Notes under the pieces: model-generated
The model's database searches: none
What the model was told of the DNA's origin: nothing
What the model saw: the letters and a program-made list of their open reading frames with translations, nothing else
From: Acidobacteriota bacterium
GTDB taxonomy: Bacteria > Acidobacteriota > UBA890 > WLXD01
Assembly (NCBI GenBank): GCA_963666055.2
Contig: CAXWPH010000015.1
Coordinates: 1,696,001-1,760,000 of the forward strand
Reading direction: 5' to 3'
Length of the DNA stretch: 64,000 bases
In this document: positions 1 through 11,026 of the stretch, piece by piece
Layout of the letters: each line of letters opens with the position of its first letter
How positions within the stretch are numbered: position 1 is the stretch's first letter
Translations under genes and position numbers: made by a program

Positions 1-608
1 TACTGGAGGTATGTGTCGGCCGGGTAGAGCGTGCGTTGGCGTGAGACACTCTCGGTGATCTGCTCGCGCGTCGGGAAGAGGAACTCAGGACCGGTCCAGT
101 ACGGGTGCGCAGACTCTCGCGGTAGTCCCGAGGAGTGCGTCAGGACGCCGCGCAGGGTAGCTCGCCCGGAGTCAGCGTGTGATTCCTCGATGTCGAACCA
201 CGGAAGATGGTCACGGATCTCGTCGTCGAGGCGCAGGTTGCCGGCATCGCGCTGTTGCATGACAGCGATGCTGGTGAACAGCTTAGAGATCGAGCAGATG
301 CTATAGATCGTCTGCGGCGTCGCCGGCTGGCGACGCTCGAGGTCGGCGAAACCGAATCCGCGCGCCCAGACGATGCTCTGGTCGTGAACGATCGCCGCTG
401 ACAGACCCGGAATGCGCTTGTAGGCGAGCTCGGCGTCAAGCCAGGTTTCGAGCAGTCGCAGCGCCTTCGCGACGCCCGGGTTGTCGGCCACCCGGTCTGG
501 TGGAATCCCGGCGGGCGGTGCTGCGTCGGCAACCGCCTGCGCCCAGGCGTTGGCGGGGATGGACAAGCTCAACACCAGTACCCAGAGGGTGATTCGTCGC
601 ATGGTCAT
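1..608 (-). CDS. Serine hydrolase, beta-lactamase/AmpC family (5' part; runs off the window edge)
   Basis: Manual translation (not in ORF track): MTMRRITLWVLVLSLSIPANAWAQ signal peptide, IPGLSAAIV..GFGFADLE, SxxK motif (CSISKLFT), LTHSSGLPRE. Confidence 0.85.
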   Translation of the reverse strand, partial: MTMRRITLWVLVLSLSIPANAWAQAVADAAPPAGIPPDRVADNPGVAKALRLLETWLDAELAYKRIPGLSAAIVHDQSIVWARGFGFADLERRQPATPQTIYSICSISKLFTSIAVMQQRDAGNLRLDDEIRDHLPWFDIEESHADSGRATLRGVLTHSSGLPRESAHPYWTGPEFLFPTREQITESVSRQRTLYPADTYLQ

Positions 609-771
609 GCTCCGAGCTGTGGGACGACAACAATGTCGCCCAGGGCCGCATGCTATCGCTCGCAGGAGCGTGAGTCAGGGGTGCGCGGCGACTGCGTACA
701 CGAACAGTGGGATGTCGCGACCGCGCCACCATGCGACACTCCGCGGGAGGATTCCACCCGAGGTCCGTGTC

Positions 772-1611
772 ATGAACACAGCCACTGTCAGACTGGCGCT
801 CGCGCTGCCACTCCTGCTGGCCGCCGAGTCGCCTCACATCCCTGTCGCGAGGACTCCAGTGCTGCAGCGCGCCGCAATTCATGAGCTCGATCTGGCGCTC
901 GACGACGGTACCCAACTGCACTATGCCGTGGCGATTCCCGATGACATCGATGCCGAGGAGTCACTGCCGCTGGTTGTGGCGCTTCACTATGGCTGGCGAG
1001 GTGAACAATCCCCGCGGCTCGGGCGCGACTTCCTGCGCATCCTGGTCGAGCCCGGCGTCGGCGACACGCGAGCTATCCTCGTGGCTCCGAATTGCCCGGA
1101 GGGCTCGTGGAACCACCCGCGAGCCGAAGCCGCCGTGCTTGATCTGGTGGACGCGGTGGTGCGTGAGTATCCGGTCGATACGGATCGCATCCTGGTGACG
1201 GGATTCAGCCTCGGCGGCATGGGCACATGGTTCTTCGCCGCCAACCATGCCGAGGTGTTCGATGCCGCGATCGCCATCGCTTCCGTACCCGTCATCGACC
1301 ATGGTGCCGGGTCGCGCGCCGACCCGGAGACCTTTCTCGCCGCGTTGGCGGACGGGGCAGCGCCGTGGGTAAGCGGGCTGATGCGCGTCCCATTCTTCGT
1401 AATCAATAGTCGTGCCGACGAGCTGATTCCCTTCGCCCAGGCCGAGGCCGCGACCGCGGCGCTGGCCGAGCTCGGCGCACCGGTGCGGTTCCTTCCGTTG
1501 GAGGGCATCAGTCACTACCAGTCGGCCGGCTACGTGCCGGCCCTGCAACAGGGGGTCCGCTGGGTGCTGCAGCAATGGGGCGACGCCCCCGAGCCGGGCT
1601 CTCGTCAATAG
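772..1611 (+). CDS. Secreted alpha/beta hydrolase (esterase/peptidase-like)
   Basis: PLVVALHY, nucleophile elbow GFSLGG, DELIP and GISHY catalytic D/H; signal peptide after ATG 772. Confidence 0.8.
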   Translation: MNTATVRLALALPLLLAAESPHIPVARTPVLQRAAIHELDLALDDGTQLHYAVAIPDDIDAEESLPLVVALHYGWRGEQSPRLGRDFLRILVEPGVGDTRAILVAPNCPEGSWNHPRAEAAVLDLVDAVVREYPVDTDRILVTGFSLGGMGTWFFAANHAEVFDAAIAIASVPVIDHGAGSRADPETFLAALADGAAPWVSGLMRVPFFVINSRADELIPFAQAEAATAALAELGAPVRFLPLEGISHYQSAGYVPALQQGVRWVLQQWGDAPEPGSRQ

Positions 1612-1629
1612 TTCGGAGTTGTCGTGGTG

Positions 1630-4311
1630 ATGAATACTCGGCTTTCGCGTCATGCGTTCCTCGGTTTGGCACTGGCGCTCGCTTCGGTTGTGTCGGCCGG
1701 CGCGCAGCAACCTCGTGGCCCGATATCGACGGAAGACCGCTTCGCCCGGTACGCCGAGCACGTTCGCATGGCCGAGGCGTCGCCCTTCAAGCATCTGCGC
1801 TGGCAGTTTCTCGGACCCACCAACATCAGCGGCCGCATGACCGACGTTGCGGTGGTCACGCCGCGAGGTCAGAGCTATACGCTCTTCGTCGCCGGTGCTT
1901 CGGGCGGTGTCTGGCGTAGCCGCAACGAAGGCGTGTCGTGGGAGCCGGTGTTCGAGCGCGGCGTATCCACGTCGATAGGTGACGTCACGATCGCGCCGTC
2001 CAACCAGGACATCGTCTGGATCGGAACGGGCGAGGCCAATATCTTCCGCAGCTCGATGGCCGGGTCGGGGGTATACAAGTCGACCGACGGAGGCGACACC
2101 TGGGAACACAAGGGTCTGGGAGCTACTCATACCGTGGCTCGTATCGTCATCCATCCCACCGATCCCGACACCGTCTACATCGCCGCCTCTGGCCACGAAT
2201 GGACCGACAACCCGGAGCGCGGTGTCTACAAGACCACTGATGGCGGCAACACCTGGGACCACGTGCTGTTCATCAACGATCACACCGGTGCGATCGACGT
2301 GGTTGCAGATCCCAGCGCCCCCGACACGCTGTACGTGGCCACCTGGGATCGCCTGCGACACAAGTGGAACGATCCGCGAAACACCCCCGACACCGATGGA
2401 TCGGGGGTGTGGAAAACTACCGATGCGGGGGCCAACTGGCGCCAGATCAACGACGGGCTGCCCTCGCCGGCCCAGCGCGGCCGCATTGGCATCGACGTTT
2501 CCTCCTCTAATACCGACGTGGTTTACGCGTTCGTCGACAACTACGACGTGGCGCGGATGCCCGAGGAGGACGAAACCGATGCTTATGGCCGACCGGGAGG
2601 GCCGGTGATCCGTGGCGCCACCGTGTACCGCTCCGACGATCGGGGTGAGAGTTGGCGGCAGACGTCTGAGAACAACGACACCATGCAAGGGCTCGGAGGC
2701 ACCTACGGCTGGGTGTTTGGCCAGATCCGTGTCGATCCCACCAACGAGGACCGCATCTACGTGATGGGCCTGAGATTGAACGTCTCCGACGATGCCGGCC
2801 GCAGCTTCCGTCGGCTCGAGGGGATGCACGGCGACCATCACGGCCTATGGATCGATCCGGACAACCCCGACTACCTGGTGAATGTGAACGACGGTGGGCT
2901 GGCGATCTCGTACGACGCGGGTGAGAACTGGCGCACCTTCGAGGACAACCTCCCGTTGGCGCAGTTCTTCAACGTCAGCCACGACATGGATGAGCCGTTC
3001 CGCGTGTACGGCTCGATCCAAGACCACGGCTCGCGACGCGGTGTTGTGGATCTCAGCCTCGGCCGTAGCAACATCTCGGCAGTTCCCTTCGAGAACGCCC
3101 CTGGAGGCGAGGGATCCACCCACGCTATAGACCCCACCGACCCTGACGTGGTGTACGCGGCGGGTTTCTACGGGAGCATATTTCGCGCCGACCTGGCATC
3201 GGGCGATCGCCAGCAGCTGGTGCCGGAGCCGGGGGAGGGGGAGGCACCCCTGCGTGGGCAGTGGGTCGCGCCGTTCATCATCTCACCGCACAACCCGCGG
3301 GTGATCTACCACGGCATGAACTTCCTGTATCGCTCGATGAACCAAGGCCAGTCATGGGAGCGGATCAGCGACGACCTGACGTACAACGAGATCGACAAGA
3401 TCGGCGATATCCAGTACCAGACGATCTACTCGATATCGGAGTCGCCGCTGCAGTTCGGCCTGCTGTACGCCGGCACCGATGACGGGCGCGTGTGGACCAC
3501 CGACGCCGCGTCTGGCTGGGCGGAGATCACGGGCGAGCTGCCGCGCGGCAAGGTCATCGCCGAGATCGTGGCGTCGCAGTACGACGTCGATACCGTTTAC
3601 ATGACGCAGAATGGCAAGCGCGACGACGACTTCGTGCCCTACCTGTGGAAGTCGACCGACCGTGGCTCCACCTGGCAGGGCATCGCCAAAGGGATTCCCG
3701 GCGGCCCGATCAACGTCATGAAAGAGGACCCCAACGTTGAGGGGGTTCTTTACGTCGGCACTGATACCGGGGCCTACGTCAGCCTCGACGGCGGCGTCGG
3801 ATGGCACGCCTTGGCAGCCGGGATCCCCAACACGTTCGTGCAGGACCTGGTCGTACATCCGCGCGATGACATCCTGGTGGCAGCGACCCACGGGCGCGGA
3901 ATGTGGGCGCTCGACCTGCGCCCGATCCAGCAGCTTATGCCCGAAGTTCGTGGGCAACCGTTACATGTGTTCGATGTCGAGTCGGTGATCCTACCGGAAC
4001 GTCGAGAAGGGTTGTCCGGTGGCGCGAACCGACCGCACGTGGCAGTCCACTACTGGCTCGGTGCTCCGAGCGAGGTGGTGATCACGGTGCAGAGCGCCGA
4101 CGATGAGGTCGTGCGCACGCTCGAGGGTACTGGCGACGCCGGCCACAACATGGCGGTATGGGATCTGTCGGTCGACGCCACCGAAGAGAATCGACCGCGG
4201 CGCGGCCCGCCCCTGGCCGGCCCTGGACGCTACACGGTTTTGGTCGACGCGGCGGCCGAGTCGGTGGAAGCGACGTTCACCGTCAGAGGCGGTGGTGGCG
4301 AGCGTCCGTAA
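1630..4311 (+). CDS. BNR/Asp-box (VPS10/sortilin-like) beta-propeller glycosyl hydrolase-like protein
   Basis: Repeated Asp-boxes (STDGGDTW, TTDGGNTW, SDDRGESW, SYDAGENW), GPTNISGR, ATHGRG; signal peptide. Confidence 0.85.
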   Translation: MNTRLSRHAFLGLALALASVVSAGAQQPRGPISTEDRFARYAEHVRMAEASPFKHLRWQFLGPTNISGRMTDVAVVTPRGQSYTLFVAGASGGVWRSRNEGVSWEPVFERGVSTSIGDVTIAPSNQDIVWIGTGEANIFRSSMAGSGVYKSTDGGDTWEHKGLGATHTVARIVIHPTDPDTVYIAASGHEWTDNPERGVYKTTDGGNTWDHVLFINDHTGAIDVVADPSAPDTLYVATWDRLRHKWNDPRNTPDTDGSGVWKTTDAGANWRQINDGLPSPAQRGRIGIDVSSSNTDVVYAFVDNYDVARMPEEDETDAYGRPGGPVIRGATVYRSDDRGESWRQTSENNDTMQGLGGTYGWVFGQIRVDPTNEDRIYVMGLRLNVSDDAGRSFRRLEGMHGDHHGLWIDPDNPDYLVNVNDGGLAISYDAGENWRTFEDNLPLAQFFNVSHDMDEPFRVYGSIQDHGSRRGVVDLSLGRSNISAVPFENAPGGEGSTHAIDPTDPDVVYAAGFYGSIFRADLASGDRQQLVPEPGEGEAPLRGQWVAPFIISPHNPRVIYHGMNFLYRSMNQGQSWERISDDLTYNEIDKIGDIQYQTIYSISESPLQFGLLYAGTDDGRVWTTDAASGWAEITGELPRGKVIAEIVASQYDVDTVYMTQNGKRDDDFVPYLWKSTDRGSTWQGIAKGIPGGPINVMKEDPNVEGVLYVGTDTGAYVSLDGGVGWHALAAGIPNTFVQDLVVHPRDDILVAATHGRGMWALDLRPIQQLMPEVRGQPLHVFDVESVILPERREGLSGGANRPHVAVHYWLGAPSEVVITVQSADDEVVRTLEGTGDAGHNMAVWDLSVDATEENRPRRGPPLAGPGRYTVLVDAAAESVEATFTVRGGGGERP

Positions 4312-5968
4312 GATCCTGACGCTCGCTCTTGTCGGCACCCTGGCGGCAGGATGCAGCCAACCGATTCTCGACGATAGGGCGCAGCTGGAGGTTCTCATCG
4401 AGCGCTACATCGGCGCCCGCGACTCGGAGTCGACGGCGTCGAGGGACATGCGCGCTGCCGCCTTCGTTGGCAGGATCGCCGCCAGCCGGGTACTGCTGGC
4501 GCAGTTGCGCGACGTTTCCATCGACGCCTTGTCGCGCCCCCAGCGCATCGACCGTGCCTATCTGATCGGTGCCCTGGAGGCGGAGATCTTCGACGCCGAA
4601 GCGCTGCGGCGCTGGGAAACGGATCCCACGATCTACGTTCCTGCGGGCTCGATCGCGGGCGCTCTCAATGCCGCCGAGTCCGAACCTACAGAGGGCACGC
4701 TGGAGCATCTCGCCACCTTGCTGGGGGACATCCCGTTGGCAACCAAGGCGGCGCGGGCCAACCTTGGCAGGCCCCCACGCAGGTTTACTGAAGCGGCGAT
4801 CTTCGAGGTTTCCGCCACCCTCGCGGTGTTGCGTGAGCGCGGCTCGGCGATCGCGGAGACTGCCACCGGGACAGGTCTCGTCGATGCCACCGGTGCTGCA
4901 ATCGAGGCTCTGCGGGCCTTCGAAGGCTATCTGCGCAACGATGTGCTGCCGCGCTCCGACGGTGTTTGGGCCATCGGCAAGAAGCACTACGACTTCCTAG
5001 TGCAGCATCGCTGGCTGCTCGATGCCGATGCCGACGCGATCCTGGAGAGGGGTCGGCGAGCGTTCGATGAAACCGAAGCAAGGGCTCAGGAGGTCGCTGA
5101 GCGCATCGCCCCCGGCATGCACTGGATCGATGTCTACGAGTCGGTCAAGGATGATCATCAGCCCTTCGACGCGATCAAGGGCGCCTATCAATCTCAGGTG
5201 GACGCGGCGCGTGCGTTTGTTCGTGATCATCAGGTGGTCACGCTGCCAGATGGCGAGCATGTCATCACCGTGGACACGCCACCCGCCCTGCGGCGGTCGT
5301 CGCCGTTCGGTACGTTTCAGACGGTGCGACCGTTCGACGACGGGCTCGAAGGGCGGCTCGTGCTCACGCCAATCGATGCGTCACTGCCAGCCGATCAGCG
5401 CCTCGAGCGATCACGCTCGCACCATCACGCCTGGACGCCGATCATCGCCGTCCACGAGGCTTATCCGGGACATCATGTACACGCGTTGAAAGCGAGGCAG
5501 AACATCCGGCTGTTGCGGCGCGTGGCCGACGAGCCCATCACGCTCGAGGGCTGGGGGCTATTCACCGAGAAGCTGATGTTCGAGCTCGGCTTCCTGGCGG
5601 GAGACGAAGTCGAGCTCACCATCCTGCGCAACCGGCTGTGGCGGGCGGCGCGCGTTATTCTCGACGTGAGCCTGCACACAGGCCGTATTGAAATTCGGCA
5701 GGCAGTCGATTTTCTCGTCAATCGTGTTCGCTTCGAGCGCCGTGCAGCGGAGCTCGAGGTGGGCATGTATCCGCGACGCCCGACCTACGTGCTCGGTTAC
5801 CTCATCGGCATGCAGGAGATCGAGCGGCTACGCGACGATTGGGTGGTTGCCAACGGACCGCCGAACCCACCGTCCAAGCTATACGATGCTCTCCTGTCGG
5901 CCGGCGGCATCCCGCCGGCGCTCATCCGCGCCGAGCTGCTCGGCGAGGAAATACCGGAGCGTCAGTGA
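4295..5968 (+). CDS. DUF885 family lipoprotein
   Basis: Lipobox LAAGC, HEAYPGHH, EGWGLFTE, LWRAARVILDVSLH; start codon uncertain. Confidence 0.85.
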   Translation: MASVRKILTLALVGTLAAGCSQPILDDRAQLEVLIERYIGARDSESTASRDMRAAAFVGRIAASRVLLAQLRDVSIDALSRPQRIDRAYLIGALEAEIFDAEALRRWETDPTIYVPAGSIAGALNAAESEPTEGTLEHLATLLGDIPLATKAARANLGRPPRRFTEAAIFEVSATLAVLRERGSAIAETATGTGLVDATGAAIEALRAFEGYLRNDVLPRSDGVWAIGKKHYDFLVQHRWLLDADADAILERGRRAFDETEARAQEVAERIAPGMHWIDVYESVKDDHQPFDAIKGAYQSQVDAARAFVRDHQVVTLPDGEHVITVDTPPALRRSSPFGTFQTVRPFDDGLEGRLVLTPIDASLPADQRLERSRSHHHAWTPIIAVHEAYPGHHVHALKARQNIRLLRRVADEPITLEGWGLFTEKLMFELGFLAGDEVELTILRNRLWRAARVILDVSLHTGRIEIRQAVDFLVNRVRFERRAAELEVGMYPRRPTYVLGYLIGMQEIERLRDDWVVANGPPNPPSKLYDALLSAGGIPPALIRAELLGEEIPERQ

Positions 5969-6014
5969 ACACGTCGTCGGGCGGGATCTCCTGCCCCCGC
6001 TGGAGGCCTACTCG

Positions 6015-6767
6015 ATGGTGGTGAAGCTGCCGAGCGGTGCGGACCTGGATGGCATGCGTGCCGTCGCCCGCGTCGTGGCGGGCACCATCGAGAGCATGCG
6101 GCGCGAGCTGCGAGCCGGTATCACCACGCGAGAGCTCGACGCGGTAGGGCGCCGCGAGCTTGCTACCCACGGCGCCCGCTCCGCACCCGAGCTGGTGTAC
6201 GGATTTCCCGCCGCCACCTGCATCAGCGTCAACGACCAAGCGGCTCACGGGATTCCTGGCGACCGTGAGGTGCGCGATGCGGATCTGGTCAACATCGACG
6301 TTTCCGCCGAGCTCGACGGCTATTATGCCGACGCTGGCGCGTCGTTCCCGGTGGGTGCGGTCGCTCCGCTGGCGCAGCAACTCTGCGACGCCGCGCAGGA
6401 GGCGCTGCGCGAGGCGCTGCGCGCAGTTCGCCCCGGCAAGCTCGTCAACACGGTTGGTCGGGCCGTCGAAAGGGTGGCCCGCAAACGAGGATTTCGAGTG
6501 ATTCGCAACCTCTGCGGACATGGGGTGGGGCGCAGCATCCACGAGGACCCCCGTACGCTGCTCAACTACTACGAGCCGCGCGACCGCCGGCGTTTCAGCG
6601 AGGGCCTGGTGCTCACCGTCGAGCCGTTCTTGTCGATCTCGGCGAACCGCGCCGTTCAGGATGATGATGGTTGGACTCTGCGCACGGCCGACGGCAGCCT
6701 GGCGGCGCAGTACGAGCACACGGTGGTGGTGACCCGCAGCGGCGCCGAGTTGTTGACGGCTCTATGA
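6015..6767 (+). CDS. map: Type I methionine aminopeptidase
   Basis: CISVND..HGIP, DLVNIDVSAELDGYYAD, GHGVGRSIHE, VEPF, AQYEHT; GGAGG upstream of ATG 6015. Confidence 0.92.
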   Translation: MVVKLPSGADLDGMRAVARVVAGTIESMRRELRAGITTRELDAVGRRELATHGARSAPELVYGFPAATCISVNDQAAHGIPGDREVRDADLVNIDVSAELDGYYADAGASFPVGAVAPLAQQLCDAAQEALREALRAVRPGKLVNTVGRAVERVARKRGFRVIRNLCGHGVGRSIHEDPRTLLNYYEPRDRRRFSEGLVLTVEPFLSISANRAVQDDDGWTLRTADGSLAAQYEHTVVVTRSGAELLTAL

Positions 6768-6872
6768 TCGAGCAGGTTGCAGAGGGCGTGCTGCGGACAC
6801 TTTGGCGCCGCCAGCGCGCATCCGGATCATCAGGCAGCAGGGTGAGGTGAACCGCCGTCCTCCGCAGACGAG

Positions 6873-7611
6873 CTAGGCTTCGGCAGCGATGTGCTTCGCG
6901 CTGCACGATGTAGTCGCCGCCGGGAACCTGCATCGGCCCGTTGACAATCGTGCCCCCGAGCTCGGTGATCTGTGCCGCCGCGGTATCGCAGCTGCCGACT
7001 TCAGCGTAGTAGAGCCACGCCGCTATCGGCATTTTCTCGGGCTTTTTCCACATCCCGCCCACGTCTCGGCCGTTGACGCGGAAGACGCGATAAGTGCCGA
7101 GATCCTCGCCCAGGTCCATATCGCTCGAGATCTCCCAGCCGAACAGCGCGGAGTAGAAGCTCCAGGCGGCTTCCAGGTCAGTGGTGGCGAGCTCGTTCCA
7201 GGAGAACTCGCCGCTCTCAGCATCGCGGTCGGTCCGGGGCGGGCTCAGCGGTTGGTAGAACCCCACTACGGCGCCCTGCGGATCCATCAGCACGGCGACC
7301 TTTCCAATCTCCGGCAGCTCCATCTCGTGCAAGATGTTGGCGCCCAGCTCGCGGGCCTGGCTGACTTTGGCGGAGATGTCATCGGCGTGGATGTAGCCTA
7401 GCCAATGGGTCGGAGCTCCCTGCTCTTTGGCTTCCTCGGGGAGCTGCATGCAGCCGGCCACCGGGTCGTCGCCGAGCACGAACAGGTCGTAGGGCATGTC
7501 GCCCGGAAACTTCTGCTGAGCCCATCCGACGAGTTGCGTGTAGAAGTCGATCGACCCGGCGGGGTCCGTGGACATGATCTCGTACCAAATGAAGCGTCCC
7601 TGGTCGGCCAA
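6873..7611 (-). CDS. VOC/glyoxalase double-domain protein; C-terminus apparently damaged by a short deletion
   Basis: GRFIWYEIMSTD..FYTQLVGW and GEFSWNELATTD..FYSALFGW domains; TTG start after GGAGGT; second domain lacks the DPQGA strand. Confidence 0.75.
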
Positions 7612-7779
7612 GGGTACCTCCGTCTCTGGATGAACGAGGCTGCGTCTCGCGAAGCGAACATTCTCGGCCACGGCGTGTCATCGCGCTAGCGGTACTCAGC
7701 TCCGTGTCACCGGTGCTCCGCTCAACGCATCCTCGTCGATGTGAACGTTAAATCTATGGTGTCAGAATAAGCTATTTAT

Positions 7780-7792
7780 TATCAACAAGTTA
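7780..7792 (+). promoter_or_regulatory. IHF consensus site in an AT-rich att-like patch
   Basis: TATCAACAAGTTA matches WATCAANNNNTTR exactly; GTCAC/GACAC short repeats follow at 7823-7865. Confidence 0.5.
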
Positions 7793-8198
7793 TGGATTAT
7801 TAGACAAGCATAGTGGTCCTTGTGTCACCAGATAGTCACGGTAGACACGGCGTGTCGGGACACCATCGGAGTCATCGAGAAAGCCCCGTCGGTTTCCAGA
7901 CAAGGAACGATCACTGACATGAACAGCACGCGCCTCGATCAGGGGGCGTGCTGTCTGGTAGAGCCTGGATCAGGGCACTGCATCGGCACTGCCGCAGGCG
8001 ATGGCCATCATCACCATCGCCAACCCGCCCTCGCCCCAGGCCAGTTTGGCGCTTGAATCAGCGGAACTCGCCGCCGCGAGCATCTGGGCTCTAAGCGTTC
8101 CGCAGGCCGCTAGCAGAATCCCTGTCCTGGCCGCCGTCGAGCACCGGGAGTGACGCATTGCCGCATCAATCCTCTCGCGGCTCTCACGGATGCTCCTG

Positions 8199-10661
8199 TC
8201 ATACACCGTGTGGGCCTTCTTGCCGCCGGTCCTGGGGTATCGGATCCGCCACACCGCCACAATCCTTTGTCTTCAATAACTTACGGCCTTTCTCATCCGC
8301 CACACTGGGACCCTCTGTGGCGGATAGGAATTCCTGTAAGTTGTTGATTTCATTGAGTTGTGGCGGTGTGGCGGATACGACAGCCCCTTCTCGGGGCAAG
8401 TAGGTATCCCAGAGTGCCTGTAGCGCCTCGCGCTTGTAGCCTTTCGGAGTATTCCCGTCCGGCAGACGTACCGTAACCGGGCGCACCTTGAACGGCCTGA
8501 GCAGGTCGACCAGCCCGCGCGGCGACAGCGGCTTGCCGCGCCGCCATTCACTCCAGGGCCGATCTTCCATAGCGTGCAAAGCGTCGAGGATGTCAGCTGT
8601 GCTCATCGCCTCCGGGTCGCCGGCTTCTCGGAAGACCTGTCGCAGATCCGCGAGCAGTTTTTCTCTCTCGCCTGTTTCATCCTCGCCGGCATCGATACTG
8701 ACGTGCTCGCAAGCGCGCCATGCCCGACCGGTGTCGCCCGCCCATTGTCCGCCAGCGACATCGGCGATCGCCAGCAACGCCTCCCAGGCGTCGCGGGCAC
8801 GGTCGTGAAGGCCGGCGGGGAAGGCGACGTCGTTCCGGTGGCGCGCGAGGATCGCTTCCGCCTTGTCGCCCGTCCACTTGACGATCTGCCGTTGCAGGCG
8901 CTCGATGGCATTGCGGTCGCGGTCGCGCCACAGAGGCAGGCTCCGACCCGGCAGCCGCCGCTCAAGGCGCACCACCACGGATCGGTCAAGCACCGTGTCG
9001 GGCAGGCTGCCGATGCGGCCATCACCTTTGGACACCAGCTGGAAAACCGCCGCGGCTCGTGATCCTCCCCAACGCACCGGGTCACGTAAGCGCCGCTGCG
9101 CCGCTGAGAAGAGTTGATGACGGCGATCAGATCCGGGATGTCTTTCTTAGGGAACGTCCGGTCTGCTTCGTCCAGCAGCAGGCTCGGGGCGCTCTTTTCA
9201 ATCACCCGGAACAATACCGCCGGGGTCACGTTGCCAGTCGGCAGAGGCCGATACACGAGCTCTGCGATGACTTCCAGCAACAGCGACTTGCCGCACCGCT
9301 TGGTGGCGCTCGTGAGGTTCAGGAACGGCGAGACGTCCAGTCGATCATGCAGCCTCGTCATCACCACCCACAGCGCCACGGCCTCGGTCAGCGGCGCCGG
9401 CATGGACACATAGCGTGCGATCAGCGCGGCGATCTCGGCAAGCATGGCCGCTCCGTCCACCGGCTCAGGCCAGGGCTCGGGCTCAGGCCATTGCAGCGCG
9501 CGGCCTTGAAGGGCATTGTCATCACTCTCTGACGCACGGGCTGCCTTGACGTCAGAATCCAATGTCTTGACGCGCACCCGCAAGCGTTTCGCCTCCGCCT
9601 TGCGCACGCGGTCGTACTCGTGCGGTGGCAGCTCGGCCAGGCGCATAACTGCCTGCTCGTACTCATCATCGCCGCCGGGTGCCCCCGCGTTCGCATCGTG
9701 CTCGGGGGCCTCCGCCAGCAGCGCGACTGGGTCCAGCCCATCGGGTACTTCGTCCGCCAGGTCCCAGCCCTGAGGCAGTTCATCCGGGACTTGTACGATC
9801 CGCACCGAGGCCACACCGGCCTCTCGAGCCAAGCGCGCCACCGTGTCGGCGAAACGCGCACCCGCCGCGTCGGCGTCCGGCCACACCTTCATCTCGCGGC
9901 GGCCCTCGAGCGGCGACCAGTCCGTCATGTGGGGGGACTGGGCCCCATGCATGGGTGTGGTTGCCACCGTGTCGGGAAACCGCTTGGCGGCCGCCTCAGC
10001 CGCCTTTTCGCCCTCGCACACCAGCACCGGTGTATCTGGGGACGCGAGGATGCCGGGCAGGTTCAACAGCGGCCGTGGCGCAGGAATCCCTTTCGCCCGC
10101 CAGCCGCGCTTGCCGTTGCCGAGATCGCACCAGGTAACAGGCCGGATTTCCTTGTCGAGCGTGCCGTCGGAGCTCTGGGTATCCCACCGGCATACATAGC
10201 CCATCAACCGGCCTTCGGCGTCATGGTAGGGCCAGGACCGGGACGGTGCGCCATGCTCTCGGTGGTGGTAGTGCATCTGCGATGCCTCGTGTGGCACCGG
10301 CACGATGGGCACGATGGTGTCTTTGTTGCGGCCGTTGCTCTGGAGTTCGTGGCCGTGAATCTCGCCGGCAAGCCCGTTGCCGAGCGTCTTGGCGAGGTCG
10401 AGTGCGGCCTCCGATGCGCGACACTTCAGCCTGAACGCGTTGAGGCTTATCGGGTCGCCAAACGTCTCGTCGGTGGCAAAATCAGCCCCGATGCCGGTGT
10501 CGATGTTGATCTTGAGACTGTTGCCGGGAGCCCCTTGCAGGTTGCCGACCAGGAACTCCCTGCCTACAACCCGACGGGCGGGAAACCAACCAGCGCTCCA
10601 ACAGCTCCGGGTAGGCAGCTAATGCTTGGGCGTTGATGGTCTCGTGGTCGATGTGGCCCAT
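8199..10661 (-). pseudogene. Satellite/phage primase (Toprim) + DUF3631-type replicase, split by two frameshifts
   Basis: Toprim motifs VLVCEGEKAA, WPDADAAG, GWDLAD; ATPase-like SATKRCGKS, LLLDEAD; C-terminal EDRPWSEWRRGKPL..KGY; shifts near 10575 and 9020 (ORFs 8603-10312 and 8199-9077). Confidence 0.75.
8244..8376. repeat. Nested palindromic iteron array (putative replication origin)
   Basis: ATCCGCCACACCGCCACAA (8244-8262) perfectly inverted at 8358-8376; inner ATCCGCCACA/TGTGGCGGAT (8295-8304/8316-8325); AT-rich spacers. Confidence 0.75.
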
Positions 10662-10691
10662 CAGCCCGATCTCATGGCTGGTGCAGTCTGA

Positions 10692-11006
10692 TCAATCCGG
10701 CTCATCGCCCGCCTGGCTCGTACTCCGGTACGGCTGGCTAAGCTTCCTGGCAACCCACTCATCGAGGCTGTCTCGTGGGTACATGACGTAACGACCGAAC
10801 TTCAGAAACTCCGGTCCGCCACCAACGCATCGCCACTTGCTCAACGTAGCGACCGCGACGGGGACGTTGTGCACTTCGGCCAGGTACGCGGAGGCTTCCA
10901 CCGGGTTGAGTCGCCGCTTGTTGAACCGCGACTGAAGAGCGGCGGCGGCGTCCGCAGCGTTGGCCGGAGTCGCGCTGTTGGCTTCGTAGTGCGTGACGTC
11001 AGTCAT
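10692..11006 (-). CDS. Excisionase/AlpA-like helix-turn-helix protein
   Basis: LNPVEASAYL..VATLSKWRCVGGGPEFLKFGRYVMYPRDSLDEW. Confidence 0.8.
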   Translation of the reverse strand: MTDVTHYEANSATPANAADAAAALQSRFNKRRLNPVEASAYLAEVHNVPVAVATLSKWRCVGGGPEFLKFGRYVMYPRDSLDEWVARKLSQPYRSTSQAGDEPD

Positions 11007-11026
11007 TTCGATTTGTCCTTGTTGCC

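Noticed and set aside
961-2841. Long antisense ORFs (also 11940-13715, 26844-27899, 40988-42019, 48673-49845)
   Set aside because: Shadow frames of well-supported genes in high-GC DNA.
7735-7795. dif/XerCD site
   Set aside because: Only GTTAAAT resembles the XerD arm; no 11-6-11 match.
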